From assembly GCA_965242525.1 (NCBI GenBank), contig OZ251459.1:2137515-2201514 (forward strand): DNA of 64,000 bases. Direction: 5' to 3'. How positions within the stretch are numbered: the stretch's first letter is position 1; the number at the start of each line of letters is the position of its first letter. Position numbers and translations under genes: made by a program. Below the pieces are notes generated by a model. The model saw only the letters and a program-made list of their open reading frames with translations. It was not told the origin of the DNA and searched no databases. Origin of the DNA: an uncultured Candidatus Binatia bacterium (GTDB lineage: Bacteria; Desulfobacterota; Binatia; UBA9968; JAJDTQ01). Of this stretch, positions 1 through 13,536 are shown one piece after another.

Positions 1-999
1 CCGCTCATGGAGATCGTCAGCGAGCCGGACATGCGGAGCCCCGACGAGGCCGGCGCGTACCTCAGGACCCTCCGGTCCATCCTCCAATACCTGGAGGTAT
101 GCGACGGCAACATGGAGGAGGGCAGCTTCCGCTGCGACGCCAACGTCTCGCTGCGGGCCCCGGGCGCCGACGCCCTCGGTGTCAAGGTCGAGATCAAGAA
201 CCTCAACTCCTTCAAGGCCGTGGAGAAGGCGTTGGAGTACGAGATCGGGCGGCAGGGCCGGGTGCTGTCGGAAGGGGGGGCGGTGGAGCAGGAGACGCGC
301 CTGTGGGACGCCGACCGGGAGGCCACGCGCCCCATGCGCTCCAAGGAGGACGCCCACGACTACCGCTACTTTCCCGACCCGGACCTGCTGCCCCTGGTCA
401 TCGACGACCGGTGGGTCGAGGAGATCCGCGCCACCCTGCCGGAGCTGGCCCGGAGCCGCCGGGAGCGTTTCCGGGAAGAGTACGGGCTGTCCGCGTACGA
501 CGCCGAGGTCCTCACCCAGCGGCGGGACGTGGCCGACTACTTCGAGGCCGCGGTCCGCGCCCACGCCAACCCCAAGGCCATCTGCAACTGGCTCACGGGG
601 GACCTCTTCCGGGCGCTCAAGGAGCGGAAGCTCGACGCCGCCCTGCGTATCGAAGCATGGCCGGTGCCGGCCGAAGACCTGGCCCGCATGGTGCAAATGG
701 TGGATGGCGGGACCATCAGCGGCAAGCTCGCCAAGACCGTCTTCACCGCCATGCTCGAAACCGGCAGGGACCCGGACGCCGTGGTCAGGGAGAAGGGGCT
801 GGAGCAGGTCTCCGACACCGGCGCCCTGGACGCCGCGGTGGACGAGGTGTTGTCCGCGTGCGCGGCCCAGGCCGCGGAGTTCCAGGCCGGCAAGGAGAAG
901 GTCTTCGGGTTCCTGGTGGGGCAGGTGATGAAGGCCACCCGGGGCAAGGCCAACCCGCAGATGGTCAACGAGATCCTCGGGCGGAAGCTGCGGGGCTGA
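1..999 (+). CDS. gatB: Asp-tRNA(Asn)/Glu-tRNA(Gln) amidotransferase subunit B, C-terminal ~330 aa (5' end outside window)
   Basis: The frame is open from nt 1. The translation ('RYFPDPDLLPL', C-terminal GatB/YqeY-like tail 'KATRGKANPQMVNEIL') matches the GatB family. Confidence 0.85.
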   Translation, partial: PLMEIVSEPDMRSPDEAGAYLRTLRSILQYLEVCDGNMEEGSFRCDANVSLRAPGADALGVKVEIKNLNSFKAVEKALEYEIGRQGRVLSEGGAVEQETRLWDADREATRPMRSKEDAHDYRYFPDPDLLPLVIDDRWVEEIRATLPELARSRRERFREEYGLSAYDAEVLTQRRDVADYFEAAVRAHANPKAICNWLTGDLFRALKERKLDAALRIEAWPVPAEDLARMVQMVDGGTISGKLAKTVFTAMLETGRDPDAVVREKGLEQVSDTGALDAAVDEVLSACAAQAAEFQAGKEKVFGFLVGQVMKATRGKANPQMVNEILGRKLRG

Positions 1000-1007
1000 C
1001 CCCGGGG

Positions 1008-2194
1008 TCAGGTGCGGTAGTCGGAGTTGATGCGCACGTACTCGTGGCCCAGGTCCGAGGTCCACACCGAGGCCCGGGCGTCGCCCAGGCCCAGACTGAT
1101 GCGCACCGTGAAGGACGGGCGCTGCATCACCCTGGCCGCGGCGTCCTCCCGGGCGCCCACCGCCACCCCCCGGCGCACCACCTTGACGCCCCCCAAGGCC
1201 ACGTCCACGGCCTCTTCCACCACCGGCGCGCCGGCGTTCCCCAGCGCCATCATGAAACGGCCCACGTTGGGGTCCTCGCCGAAGAAGGCTGTCTTCACGA
1301 GCTGGGAGTTGGCCACCGCGAAAGCCACCTTCCTGGCGTGGGCCCCGGTCCGGGCGCCGTCCACGCGCACCTCCACCAGCTTGGTGGCGCCCTCCCCGTC
1401 CGCCACCACCTTCAGCGCCAGATCCTTCATCACCCGGGTCAACGCGCGTTCGAGCGTCTCCTCGTCCGCGCTCCCGGGAGTGACCTCGGGGTTCCCGGCA
1501 AGGCCGTTGGCCATGCACAGCAGGGTGTCGTTGGTGCTGGTGTCCCCGTCCACGGTAATGGCGTGGAACGAGCCGTCCGCGGCCCGGCGCAGCATGGGCC
1601 GCAGGGAGGCCGCGGCAACGGCCGCGTCCGTGAGCACGTAGCACAGCATGGTGGCCATGTTGGGCGCGATCATGCCGGCGCCCTTGGCGAGGCCGGCCAC
1701 GCGCACGGCGCGGCCCCCGAGGCGGCATCGGGCCGCGGCCACCTTGGGGCCGTTGTCGGTGGTCAGGATGGCCTCGGCCGCGTCCCCGAGGCCGTCCGGG
1801 GACAACGCTGGCGCCGCGGCCGCGATGCCCGACTTGACCTTCTCCAACGGCAGCGGCGCCCCGATGATGCCGGTGGAGGACGGCAGGACCTGGCTCGCCG
1901 GGACGCCCAGGAGCCGGGCGGCCTCCTCGCAGACGGCTTCGGCGTCCCGGAAACCGCGGCGGCCCGTGCACGCGTTGGCGTTGCCGCTGTTGACCACCAC
2001 CGCCCGGATGCGCCCCCGGGCCACGCGCCGGCGGCCCGAAACGATGCTGGGGCTCCGGATCCGGTTGCGGGTGAACAACGCCGCGGCGGTGGCCGGGCGC
2101 TCGGATACGATCAGCGCCAAGTCCTTGCGGCCGCTCTCCTTGACGCCGCAGGCCACCCCGGCGAAGCGGAAGCCCGGCACCCTCGGCGGGGGCT

Positions 2195-2210
<16 letters not shown>
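1008..2210 (-). CDS. argJ: bifunctional glutamate N-acetyltransferase / amino-acid acetyltransferase
   Basis: The 400-aa C-terminal portion of the merged 1008..5681 ORF has ArgJ-like motifs ('[10 protein letters not shown]', '[11 protein letters not shown]', '[11 protein letters not shown]'). The ATG at 2210..2208 overlaps the secA stop (2195-2197). Confidence 0.85.
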
Positions 2211-5674
<3,464 letters not shown>

Positions 5675-5873
5675 GGCTCAAGGATAGCGGCTACGGAGGC
5701 CACATGCAATTTGTGAGGAAGGACGCATCGAAGGGACGGGTCGCCAATGATCGGAGCTAGCCATGGTGGAAAGCGGACCAGTCTCCATGACCTCAGTGGT
5801 CTTGCGGGACGGCTGAAGGATATCGAAACCGAACTTCGGAACGTCGAGAAGGAGGTCGAGTCCGCACGCGACC

Positions 5874-6923
<1,050 letters not shown>

Positions 6924-6989
6924 CGCGCCGCCGCGGTCCGGGACGCGGGCGCCCTCCCCCTCCGACGCCCTTTCCGCCGGGAACCTGAC

Positions 6990-8075
6990 ATGTTGCTCAT
7001 CGACAACGAGACCGTAGAGGAAATCCTCGACATGAAGGGGTGCATCGCGGCCCTGGAGACCGGCTACCGGGACCTGCTGGCGCAGCGTGCGGTGTACCGG
7101 CCCCGCATCGACCTGTACGTGCCCCAGGAAGAGCCCCACCGGATGTACCGTTGGGGCACCATGGAGGGCGCCAGCCGTTCCTTCGGGGTCTTCGCCATCC
7201 GCATGAAGTCCGACATGCTGGAGTGGCCCGAGGGCCGAACCGTGGAGAAATACTGCATGGAGCCCGGGACCTACTGCGGCCTCGTGCTGGTCTTCTCCGC
7301 GCAGAACGCCGAACCCCTGGCCATCATCAACGACGGCGTCATCCAGCACATGCGGGTGGGCGCCTGCGCCGGCCTCGCGGCCCGGTACCTGGCCCGGGAG
7401 GACGCATCGGTGGTGGGGATGCTGGGCTCCGGCGGCATGGCGGAGACCTACCTCCGGGCCTTCGCCGAAGTCCGGGAACTCCGGGAGGTCAAGGTCTATA
7501 GCCCCACCCCCGCCAACCGGGAAGCCTATGCGCGCAAGATGAACGAACTCCTCGGCATACCCGTGACCCCGCGCGAGACCGTGGAGGAAGTGGTGCGGGG
7601 CTCGGACATGGTGGCCACCTGCACCGATTCGGTCAGGGTGGTGGTAGAAGAACCCGGATGGGTGGAGGACGGCGCCTTCCTCACCTGCGTCCGCAGCAAC
7701 GAATGGAACCCGAAGGTCCTCGACCGCTGCGGCCTCACCGTCAAGCTCGGGCGCGGCACCATCCATACTCTGGACGAAGGCATGCAGCGCATCGCCGGGT
7801 ACGCCTCCTACGTGGCCGGCAGCGACCGCGAGACCGCCCGCATCGTCGCTCCCGGAGTCGATCTGTTCGCCGGCCAGTACCCCTTGCTCACCGAGGTCAT
7901 GGACGGCGCCGCCCCGGGCCGGAGCAACGATTCGCAGGTGGCCTTCTTCCTGAACGACGGCACCCAGGGACTGCAATTCGCCTCGGTGGCAGGCTACGTG
8001 GTGCACCGGGCGCGGGATCTCGGGGCGGGCCGGGAGATCCCCAGGGAATGGTTCACCCAGGACATACGCGATTAG
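6990..8075 (+). CDS. ornithine cyclodeaminase / mu-crystallin family protein
   Basis: 361 aa with OCD/mu-crystallin-like N-terminus ('MLLIDNETVEEILDMKGCIAALETGYRDL') and Rossmann region ('VGMLGSGGMAETYLRAF'). Confidence 0.75.
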   Translation: MLLIDNETVEEILDMKGCIAALETGYRDLLAQRAVYRPRIDLYVPQEEPHRMYRWGTMEGASRSFGVFAIRMKSDMLEWPEGRTVEKYCMEPGTYCGLVLVFSAQNAEPLAIINDGVIQHMRVGACAGLAARYLAREDASVVGMLGSGGMAETYLRAFAEVRELREVKVYSPTPANREAYARKMNELLGIPVTPRETVEEVVRGSDMVATCTDSVRVVVEEPGWVEDGAFLTCVRSNEWNPKVLDRCGLTVKLGRGTIHTLDEGMQRIAGYASYVAGSDRETARIVAPGVDLFAGQYPLLTEVMDGAAPGRSNDSQVAFFLNDGTQGLQFASVAGYVVHRARDLGAGREIPREWFTQDIRD

Positions 8076-8123
8076 CCGTACGGAAACTCTCGCGGGGGAA
8101 CGGCAATCCAGGGAGAGAGACTC

Positions 8124-9113
8124 ATGCTCAAGGTGATTCCGGTGGAAGAAGCGGTGGGGATGCGCCTGGCCCACGACATTACCGAGATCATACCGGGGGG
8201 CCACAAGGGTCCCCGGTTCAAGCGGGGGCACCTGATCGCCCAAGAGGACGTGCCAAGGCTGCTGGACGTGGGCAAGGCCCACATCTACATCATGGAGCTG
8301 GCCCCGGACGAACTGCACGAAGAAGACGCCGCCCTCCGGCTGGCCCGGGCCGCCGCGGGAGGCGGCCTCAGGCTCTCGGACCCGAGCGAGGGCCGGGTCA
8401 ACCTGGTGGCGGAAGGGGACGGACTGCTGGAGGTGGACCAGGATCGGCTGTTCCGCTTCAACGAGTTGGGGGACCTGATCCTGGCTACGCTGCGTTCGGG
8501 GGAGTTCGTCCGGGAAGGCACGGTGGTGGGAGGCACGCGCACCATCCCGGTGGTGGTGAAGGAAGACTTGGCGGCCCGGGCCGAAGCCCTGTGCAAGGAC
8601 GGGCCCATCGTATCAGTGGCGGCCATGCCCGCACGGAAGGTCTTCCTGCTGGTGACCGGAAGCGAGGTCTTCACCGGCCGCATCGTGGACGGCTTCGAGC
8701 CGGTGGTGCGCAAGAAGGTGGAGCGCATGGGCTCGACCCTGGAGCCCGCGGTCCTGGCCCCGGACGACCCGGACGTCATCGCCGGCCACATCCGGGAGTT
8801 CGCCGCCGGGGGCGCCGACGTCATCCTGGTGAGCGGCGGCATGTCCGTGGACCCTGACGACCTCACCCCCGAAGGCATCCGCCGAAGCGGCGCGGACGTG
8901 GTGTCCCACGGCTTCCCGGTGCTCCCCGGGTCCATGTTCCTCATGAGCTACCTGGGAGACGTGCCGGTCCTCGGCCTGTCCGGGTGCGTCCTCCACGACC
9001 CGATCACCGTCTTCGATTTCATGCTGCCCAAACTGCTGGCGGGCGCCCGTGTCACCCGCTGCGGCATCCTGCGCATGGGCCACGGCGGACTCCAGAAGAA
9101 GCACGACCACTGA
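8124..9113 (+). CDS. molybdopterin-binding (MoCF-biosynthesis / MoeA-like) domain protein
   Basis: C-terminal half resembles the MoCF_biosynth domain ('VFLLVTGSEVFTGRIVD...DVILVSGGMSVDPDDLT'). It lies downstream of moaA. Confidence 0.5.
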   Translation: MLKVIPVEEAVGMRLAHDITEIIPGGHKGPRFKRGHLIAQEDVPRLLDVGKAHIYIMELAPDELHEEDAALRLARAAAGGGLRLSDPSEGRVNLVAEGDGLLEVDQDRLFRFNELGDLILATLRSGEFVREGTVVGGTRTIPVVVKEDLAARAEALCKDGPIVSVAAMPARKVFLLVTGSEVFTGRIVDGFEPVVRKKVERMGSTLEPAVLAPDDPDVIAGHIREFAAGGADVILVSGGMSVDPDDLTPEGIRRSGADVVSHGFPVLPGSMFLMSYLGDVPVLGLSGCVLHDPITVFDFMLPKLLAGARVTRCGILRMGHGGLQKKHDH

Positions 9114-9130
9114 CACCGGACAGGCGTCAA

Positions 9131-9157
9131 CAAACGTCAATACATCGTATTGACGTT
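9131..9157. promoter_or_regulatory. perfect 11-bp inverted repeat AAACGTCAATA-N5-TATTGACGTTT, candidate operator of the downstream RHH gene
   Basis: Read directly: caAAACGTCAATAcatcgTATTGACGTTTac, about 30 nt upstream of the RHH-protein start. Confidence 0.5.
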
Positions 9158-9185
9158 TACCCGTGTTTCCTGTATCCAACTCATC

Positions 9186-9677
9186 GTGGCGAAGACTGGA
9201 CAGTTGCAGGTTCGCGTCAGTGCGGACGAGAGGGAGCGTATCAGGCAGCGCGCGGAAAACGCGGGCATGACCGTATCCGAATGGGTGCTCAGGCAGTTGC
9301 TGCCGCCCGTCGAGGATGAGTTCCAGGGGCTTTGCCTCGGTCTTGCGGAGCGGCCCGAATTCCGCACCCACGCCCTGGCCCATCTCCATGACTTCTTCCG
9401 GCGTCTGGGCGAACGGGAATTCTCCCTGGCCGTGCGGTACCCGCCGCAGGTGGAGTTGGCGCCGTTCGAGGCAAATTACGTGGCGGCGATGGTGGAGTAC
9501 GCCGCGGTCCTCAAGGGGGCGCCGATGCCGGATTGGACCCGGGACGTGCCGCCCCTGGAGACGCCCTGGTTCGCCGCCCCCGAACGGAGCTTGCGGCTGC
9601 ATCTGCTCACGCAGTCGCCGCCGCCGTTCCGCCGGCGCAACCTGTTCGTGGACGCCAGCGTCGGGAGCCGGGCATGA
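9186..9677 (+). CDS. ribbon-helix-helix (CopG/Arc-like) DNA-binding protein, putative antitoxin/regulator
   Basis: 'AKTGQLQVRVSADERERIRQRAENAGMTVSEWVL' is a typical RHH beta-strand plus helices. The listed TTG at 9150 lies inside the palindrome, so GTG 9186 is a more plausible start. The stop overlaps the next gene as ATGA. Confidence 0.55.
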   Translation: MAKTGQLQVRVSADERERIRQRAENAGMTVSEWVLRQLLPPVEDEFQGLCLGLAERPEFRTHALAHLHDFFRRLGEREFSLAVRYPPQVELAPFEANYVAAMVEYAAVLKGAPMPDWTRDVPPLETPWFAAPERSLRLHLLTQSPPPFRRRNLFVDASVGSRA

Positions 9678-10240
9678 CGCCGCTGGCCCGAGAGGACATC
9701 CTCCGTTTGCTGCAACGGCTGAACGACGAGTTGGCGCGCGATGGCGTGTGCGGGGAACTCTACCTGGTCGGGGGCGCGGTGTTGTGCCTTGCCTTCGACG
9801 CTCGCCGGACGACGGTGGACCTCGACGGGTTCTTTCGTCCATCGCGCGAGATGCGTACGGCCGCGCGACGAGTCGCCGCGGCCGAAGGGCTGAACGACGA
9901 CTGGCTGAACGACAGCGCCAAGGGGTTTCTCAGTAGCAAGGGGGACTTCCGACAACATCTGGCGCTGTCCAACCTGCGCGTGCTCACGGCCAGCCCGGAA
10001 TACCTGCTGGCGATGAAGTGTCTGGCCATGCGCCTCGGCGGAGAGTTCCACGACCGGGAGGACGTCAGGTTCCTGCTCCGTTACCTGAACGTCACGCAGC
10101 AGGACGCAGCCCTGGAGATGGTGAGCCGCTACTACCCGCCGGAAAAGATCCCGCAGAAGACGTTCTACGCGCTCGCGGAAATGGTCGAAGACCTGGCGGC
10201 AGCACAGGGTGTTGCACCCGCTTCGACCGGCAAGTGTTGA
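9676..10240 (+). CDS. nucleotidyltransferase-fold protein (possible toxin partner of the RHH gene)
   Basis: ATG 9676 overlaps the upstream stop (ATGA). 'GELYLVGGAVLCLAFDARRTTVDLDGFF' resembles the Pol-beta/MNT 'GG..x(n)..DxD' motif. Confidence 0.45.
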
Positions 10241-10368
10241 TACTCCGTCAGGTGTAGAGCGTCGTCCGACTACAAGGGTCCGAAAGGCCGAAGTAGTAGG
10301 CGGGCCCGTCCCGTTGAACGGGTCCCTGCGATGCAACCCGGGGCCGAGGTGCTATACTGTTTGTCGCC

Positions 10369-11961
10369 ATGCGCTTCTTCAACACGTCGGGCCCCGTGGT
10401 CGCCGAAGACCACTACCGCATCCCGCCGCTGCAACGGGTGGATCTGGGCGAGGTCCTGGAGTTGATCCGGAGCAAGCGCTACTTCGTGCTCCATGCCCCC
10501 CGACAGACCGGCAAGACCTCCGTCCTGCTCGCCTTGCGGGACCTGCTGAACAGCGGCGCGGAGGGGGATTTCCGTTGCGTTTACGGAAACGTCGAGGCCG
10601 GTCAGGCTGCCCGGGAGGACGTGGGAGAGGCCATGCGCGCCGTCCTGGGCGAACTGGCGTCCAGGGCACTATCCTTGCACGACGAGTTCCCGGACGGCGC
10701 TTGGCCCGACATCCTCGCAAGGTCGGGTCCCCACGGAGCTCTCGGAGAGACCTTGACCCGCTGGTGTCGGGCGGACCCTCGCCCTCTGGTGCTGCTCATG
10801 GACGAGGTCGATTCCCTGGTGGGCGACACGCTCATCTCCGTGCTCCGCCAGTTGCGCGCAGGCTACGACCGGCGTCCCGAGGAGTTTCCGCACAGCGTGG
10901 TGTTGTGCGGCGTGCGTGACGTGCGCGACTACCGCATCCGGTCGAGCTCGGAGAACGCGGTGGTGGCCGGGGGCAGCGCGTTCAACATCAAGGCCGAATC
11001 CCTGCGCCTCGGGGACTTCACGGAAGCCGAAGTGCGCGCGCTGCTCAGCCAGCACACCACGGAGACCGGGCAGGCGTTCACCCCGGCGGCGCTGGATGCG
11101 GTCTGGCGGCAGACCCGCGGGCAGCCGTGGCTGGTCAACGCGCTCTGCCACCAGGCCTGCTTCCGCAACGAGGCCGGGCGCGACCGCTCCCACGCCATCA
11201 CCCACGACGACGTCCTCGACGCCCAGGAACAACTCATCCTGCGCCGGGAGACCCACCTCGACCAACTCGCCGACAAGCTCCGGGAAGACCGCGTCCGCCG
11301 GGTGGTGGAGCCGCTGCTGACCGGCGGCGAGCCCCGGTACGGTTCGCGGGACCTGGAGTACGTGCGCGACCTGGGCTTGGTCACACGGGAGTCCCCGCCG
11401 CGCATGGCCAACCCCATCTACGCCGAGGTGGTGCCGCGGGAACTGTCCCACGTGGTCCAGGACAGCCTGGAACAGGAAGTGGCCTGGTACGTGGACGCCG
11501 AGGGCGGCCTCGACATGGACAAGCTGCTCGCCGCCTTCCAGACGTTCTTCCGGGAACACTCGGAACACTGGCTGGGGCGCTTCGACTACGCCGAAGCCGG
11601 TCCGCAACTCATCCTGCAGGCATTCCTCCAGCGGGTCGTGAACAGCGACGGCCGCGTCGAGCGGGAATACGGCCTGGGAAGGGGACGAACCGACCTGCTC
11701 ATCCTCTGGCCCCGGAAAGGCCGGGAAGCACCGGAACCCGCCGTGGACAAGTTCGTCATCGAGTGCAAGGTCCTGCACAAGAGCCTGGAGCAGAGCATCC
11801 GCGAAGGCCTGGAGCAGACCGCGGGCTACATGGACCGTTGCGCCGCCCAGGCCGGCCACTTGGTGGTCTTCGACCGAAACCCGGACAGGCAGTGGGACGA
11901 AAAGATCTTCCGCCGGGACGAGTCCGTGGACGGGCGGGCGGTTACCGTGTGGGGGATGTAG
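10369..11961 (+). CDS. predicted AAA-ATPase (PF09820-like) with C-terminal PD-(D/E)XK nuclease-like domain (DUF1703-like)
   Basis: N-terminal 'MRFFNTSGPVVAEDHYRIPPLQR...FVLHAPRQTGKTS' and C-terminal 'GRTDLLILWP...KFVIECKVL' (D..E.K). A paralogue lies at 53841..55439. Confidence 0.75.
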   Translation: MRFFNTSGPVVAEDHYRIPPLQRVDLGEVLELIRSKRYFVLHAPRQTGKTSVLLALRDLLNSGAEGDFRCVYGNVEAGQAAREDVGEAMRAVLGELASRALSLHDEFPDGAWPDILARSGPHGALGETLTRWCRADPRPLVLLMDEVDSLVGDTLISVLRQLRAGYDRRPEEFPHSVVLCGVRDVRDYRIRSSSENAVVAGGSAFNIKAESLRLGDFTEAEVRALLSQHTTETGQAFTPAALDAVWRQTRGQPWLVNALCHQACFRNEAGRDRSHAITHDDVLDAQEQLILRRETHLDQLADKLREDRVRRVVEPLLTGGEPRYGSRDLEYVRDLGLVTRESPPRMANPIYAEVVPRELSHVVQDSLEQEVAWYVDAEGGLDMDKLLAAFQTFFREHSEHWLGRFDYAEAGPQLILQAFLQRVVNSDGRVEREYGLGRGRTDLLILWPRKGREAPEPAVDKFVIECKVLHKSLEQSIREGLEQTAGYMDRCAAQAGHLVVFDRNPDRQWDEKIFRRDESVDGRAVTVWGM

Positions 11962-11994
11962 ATATCGAGAGGTCAACACAATGACCGACAGGTA

Positions 11995-12023
11995 TTGACA
12001 CTTCACGGAGTATGGAGTATAGG
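11995..12023 (+). promoter_or_regulatory. sigma70-like promoter of the low-GC operon: -35 TTGACA, 17-nt spacer, -10 TATAGG
   Basis: ggtaTTGACActtcacggagtatggagTATAGGcc sits immediately at the GC-content drop. It is followed by an AGGAG Shine-Dalgarno (12060-12064) and an in-frame GTG at 12072. Confidence 0.45.
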
Positions 12024-12071
12024 CCCCGACTAACTGATGCTTGGCCGCTTTCCCATGACAGGAGTTGTACC

Positions 12072-13106
12072 GTGACAGAACACCACAAAATGCTCGAGGT
12101 GAATCAAATTGACTTCGACACTGAAAATCCCAGGATAAAAATGGCGTTGGAGAAATACGGTAGCCGTCTGAATGCCGAGCGCATTCATTTTGCCTTGCGC
12201 TCCGCTACCGAAGGTTCCAGCGGTACTTCGTCCTACTCCAGCCTGAGAGATTCAATACGCTCTAGTCATGGGGTCATCGCGCCAATCATCGTAAGACCTA
12301 AAGGCCACAGCTACGTCTGCATCGACGGAAATACCCGCCTGGCGATCTACAAACAGTTTCAAAGAGAAGAAATAGAAGGAGATTGGAGCAAAATCAAAGC
12401 CATTGTTCTCGATCATGCCGAACAGCGCGATATCGAAACCGTCCGTGTATCGGCACACCTGGTTGGCGCCCGAGAATGGCCTGCCTACGAAAAGGCAAGG
12501 TATCTTCATTATCTCCGTAATCAGCAGTGTATGGATTACAGCGAAATGATAGCTCTCTGTGGCGGCAACAAAAACGAGATCGAACGTCAGATCGACGCAT
12601 ACCACGACATGAACTCATATTACCGAGATAAGGTGGACGACACCGCTTTTCGTATCGACCGTTATAGCGGATTCGTAGAACTTCAACGGCCGCAGGTCAA
12701 GCAAGCCATTTTTGACGCAGAATTGGACCTAGAGGATTTTGGCGAGTGGATCCGCGATGGCAAAATATACCGCTTGGAGGATGTCCGCAAGTTGCCGAAA
12801 ATCCTTCGAGACGATGAAGCCAAGCGGGTTTTCCTTGAAGGTGGACCTCGCTCAATAGAAGACGCCATGAAGGTTCTCGATCAGAGAACAGGGATCGGGG
12901 ACTCTACGGACAAGGGGCAGACCAGAGTAGAACATGCCACCATCTACGAACTCGCGGACGCGCTCAGCCGGCGAATCAATGACATGCCCTATTCGCAAGT
13001 ACGGGAATTGCGGGAGAAGACTGACGACGACACGGCAGATCAAATTACGCGATTAGAAGATCTATCCGTCAGGCTACGTAATTTGCTGAACGATGTCACA
13101 GAGTGA
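12072..13106 (+). CDS. ParB/Srx-superfamily (DGQHR/DndB-like) protein, paralogue 1
   Basis: 'IAPIIVRPKGHSYVCIDGNTRLAIYKQF' fits the ParB N-terminal domain pattern (PI.VR...Y..IdG.hR..A). The listed ORF start 12012 lies upstream of the predicted -10, so SD+GTG at 12072 is preferred. The 3' end overlaps the next gene by 14 nt. Confidence 0.6.
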   Translation: MTEHHKMLEVNQIDFDTENPRIKMALEKYGSRLNAERIHFALRSATEGSSGTSSYSSLRDSIRSSHGVIAPIIVRPKGHSYVCIDGNTRLAIYKQFQREEIEGDWSKIKAIVLDHAEQRDIETVRVSAHLVGAREWPAYEKARYLHYLRNQQCMDYSEMIALCGGNKNEIERQIDAYHDMNSYYRDKVDDTAFRIDRYSGFVELQRPQVKQAIFDAELDLEDFGEWIRDGKIYRLEDVRKLPKILRDDEAKRVFLEGGPRSIEDAMKVLDQRTGIGDSTDKGQTRVEHATIYELADALSRRINDMPYSQVRELREKTDDDTADQITRLEDLSVRLRNLLNDVTE

Positions 13107-13536
13107 AACACACAGAAACCTGGTCCTCCAGGTCGCAAGAGCAATTGAGGACCGTTATGCCCAAATATCCGTCATTACCGATTTGCAGCAGAACCCTGGA
13201 GATACAGTGCCACCAATGATCTGCGGCCACCGCCCTGATGTTTACGCCTACGAAGAAGTACAGCGCCTCTGCATCGTTGCAGAGGCCAAGACCGATTCGG
13301 ACCTCGACAATCTTCATACGCAACGCCAGTTGATGGCCTTTATCAACTATCTTAGCGACAGAGAAAAGAGCTTGTTCATCTTGTCGGTAAAGGGCACCAA
13401 GTCCGACCACGGGAAGACTCTGCTGCGGTTCACTCATCGACTTCTGGCTGTAAAGAACGTGCCTCTTGAAATTTTCGATGGTCATGATTTCTGGTCCTTC
13501 AACCTACAGGACGAAACTACGTGGCATTTACTTTGA
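13093..13536 (+). CDS. small hypothetical protein with PD-(D/E)XK-like motif
   Basis: 147 aa. 'RPDVYAYEEVQRLCIVAEAKTD' gives a D..(E)AK arrangement typical of the restriction-endonuclease fold. The gene is translationally coupled on both sides. Confidence 0.4.
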   Translation: MSQSETHRNLVLQVARAIEDRYAQISVITDLQQNPGDTVPPMICGHRPDVYAYEEVQRLCIVAEAKTDSDLDNLHTQRQLMAFINYLSDREKSLFILSVKGTKSDHGKTLLRFTHRLLAVKNVPLEIFDGHDFWSFNLQDETTWHLL

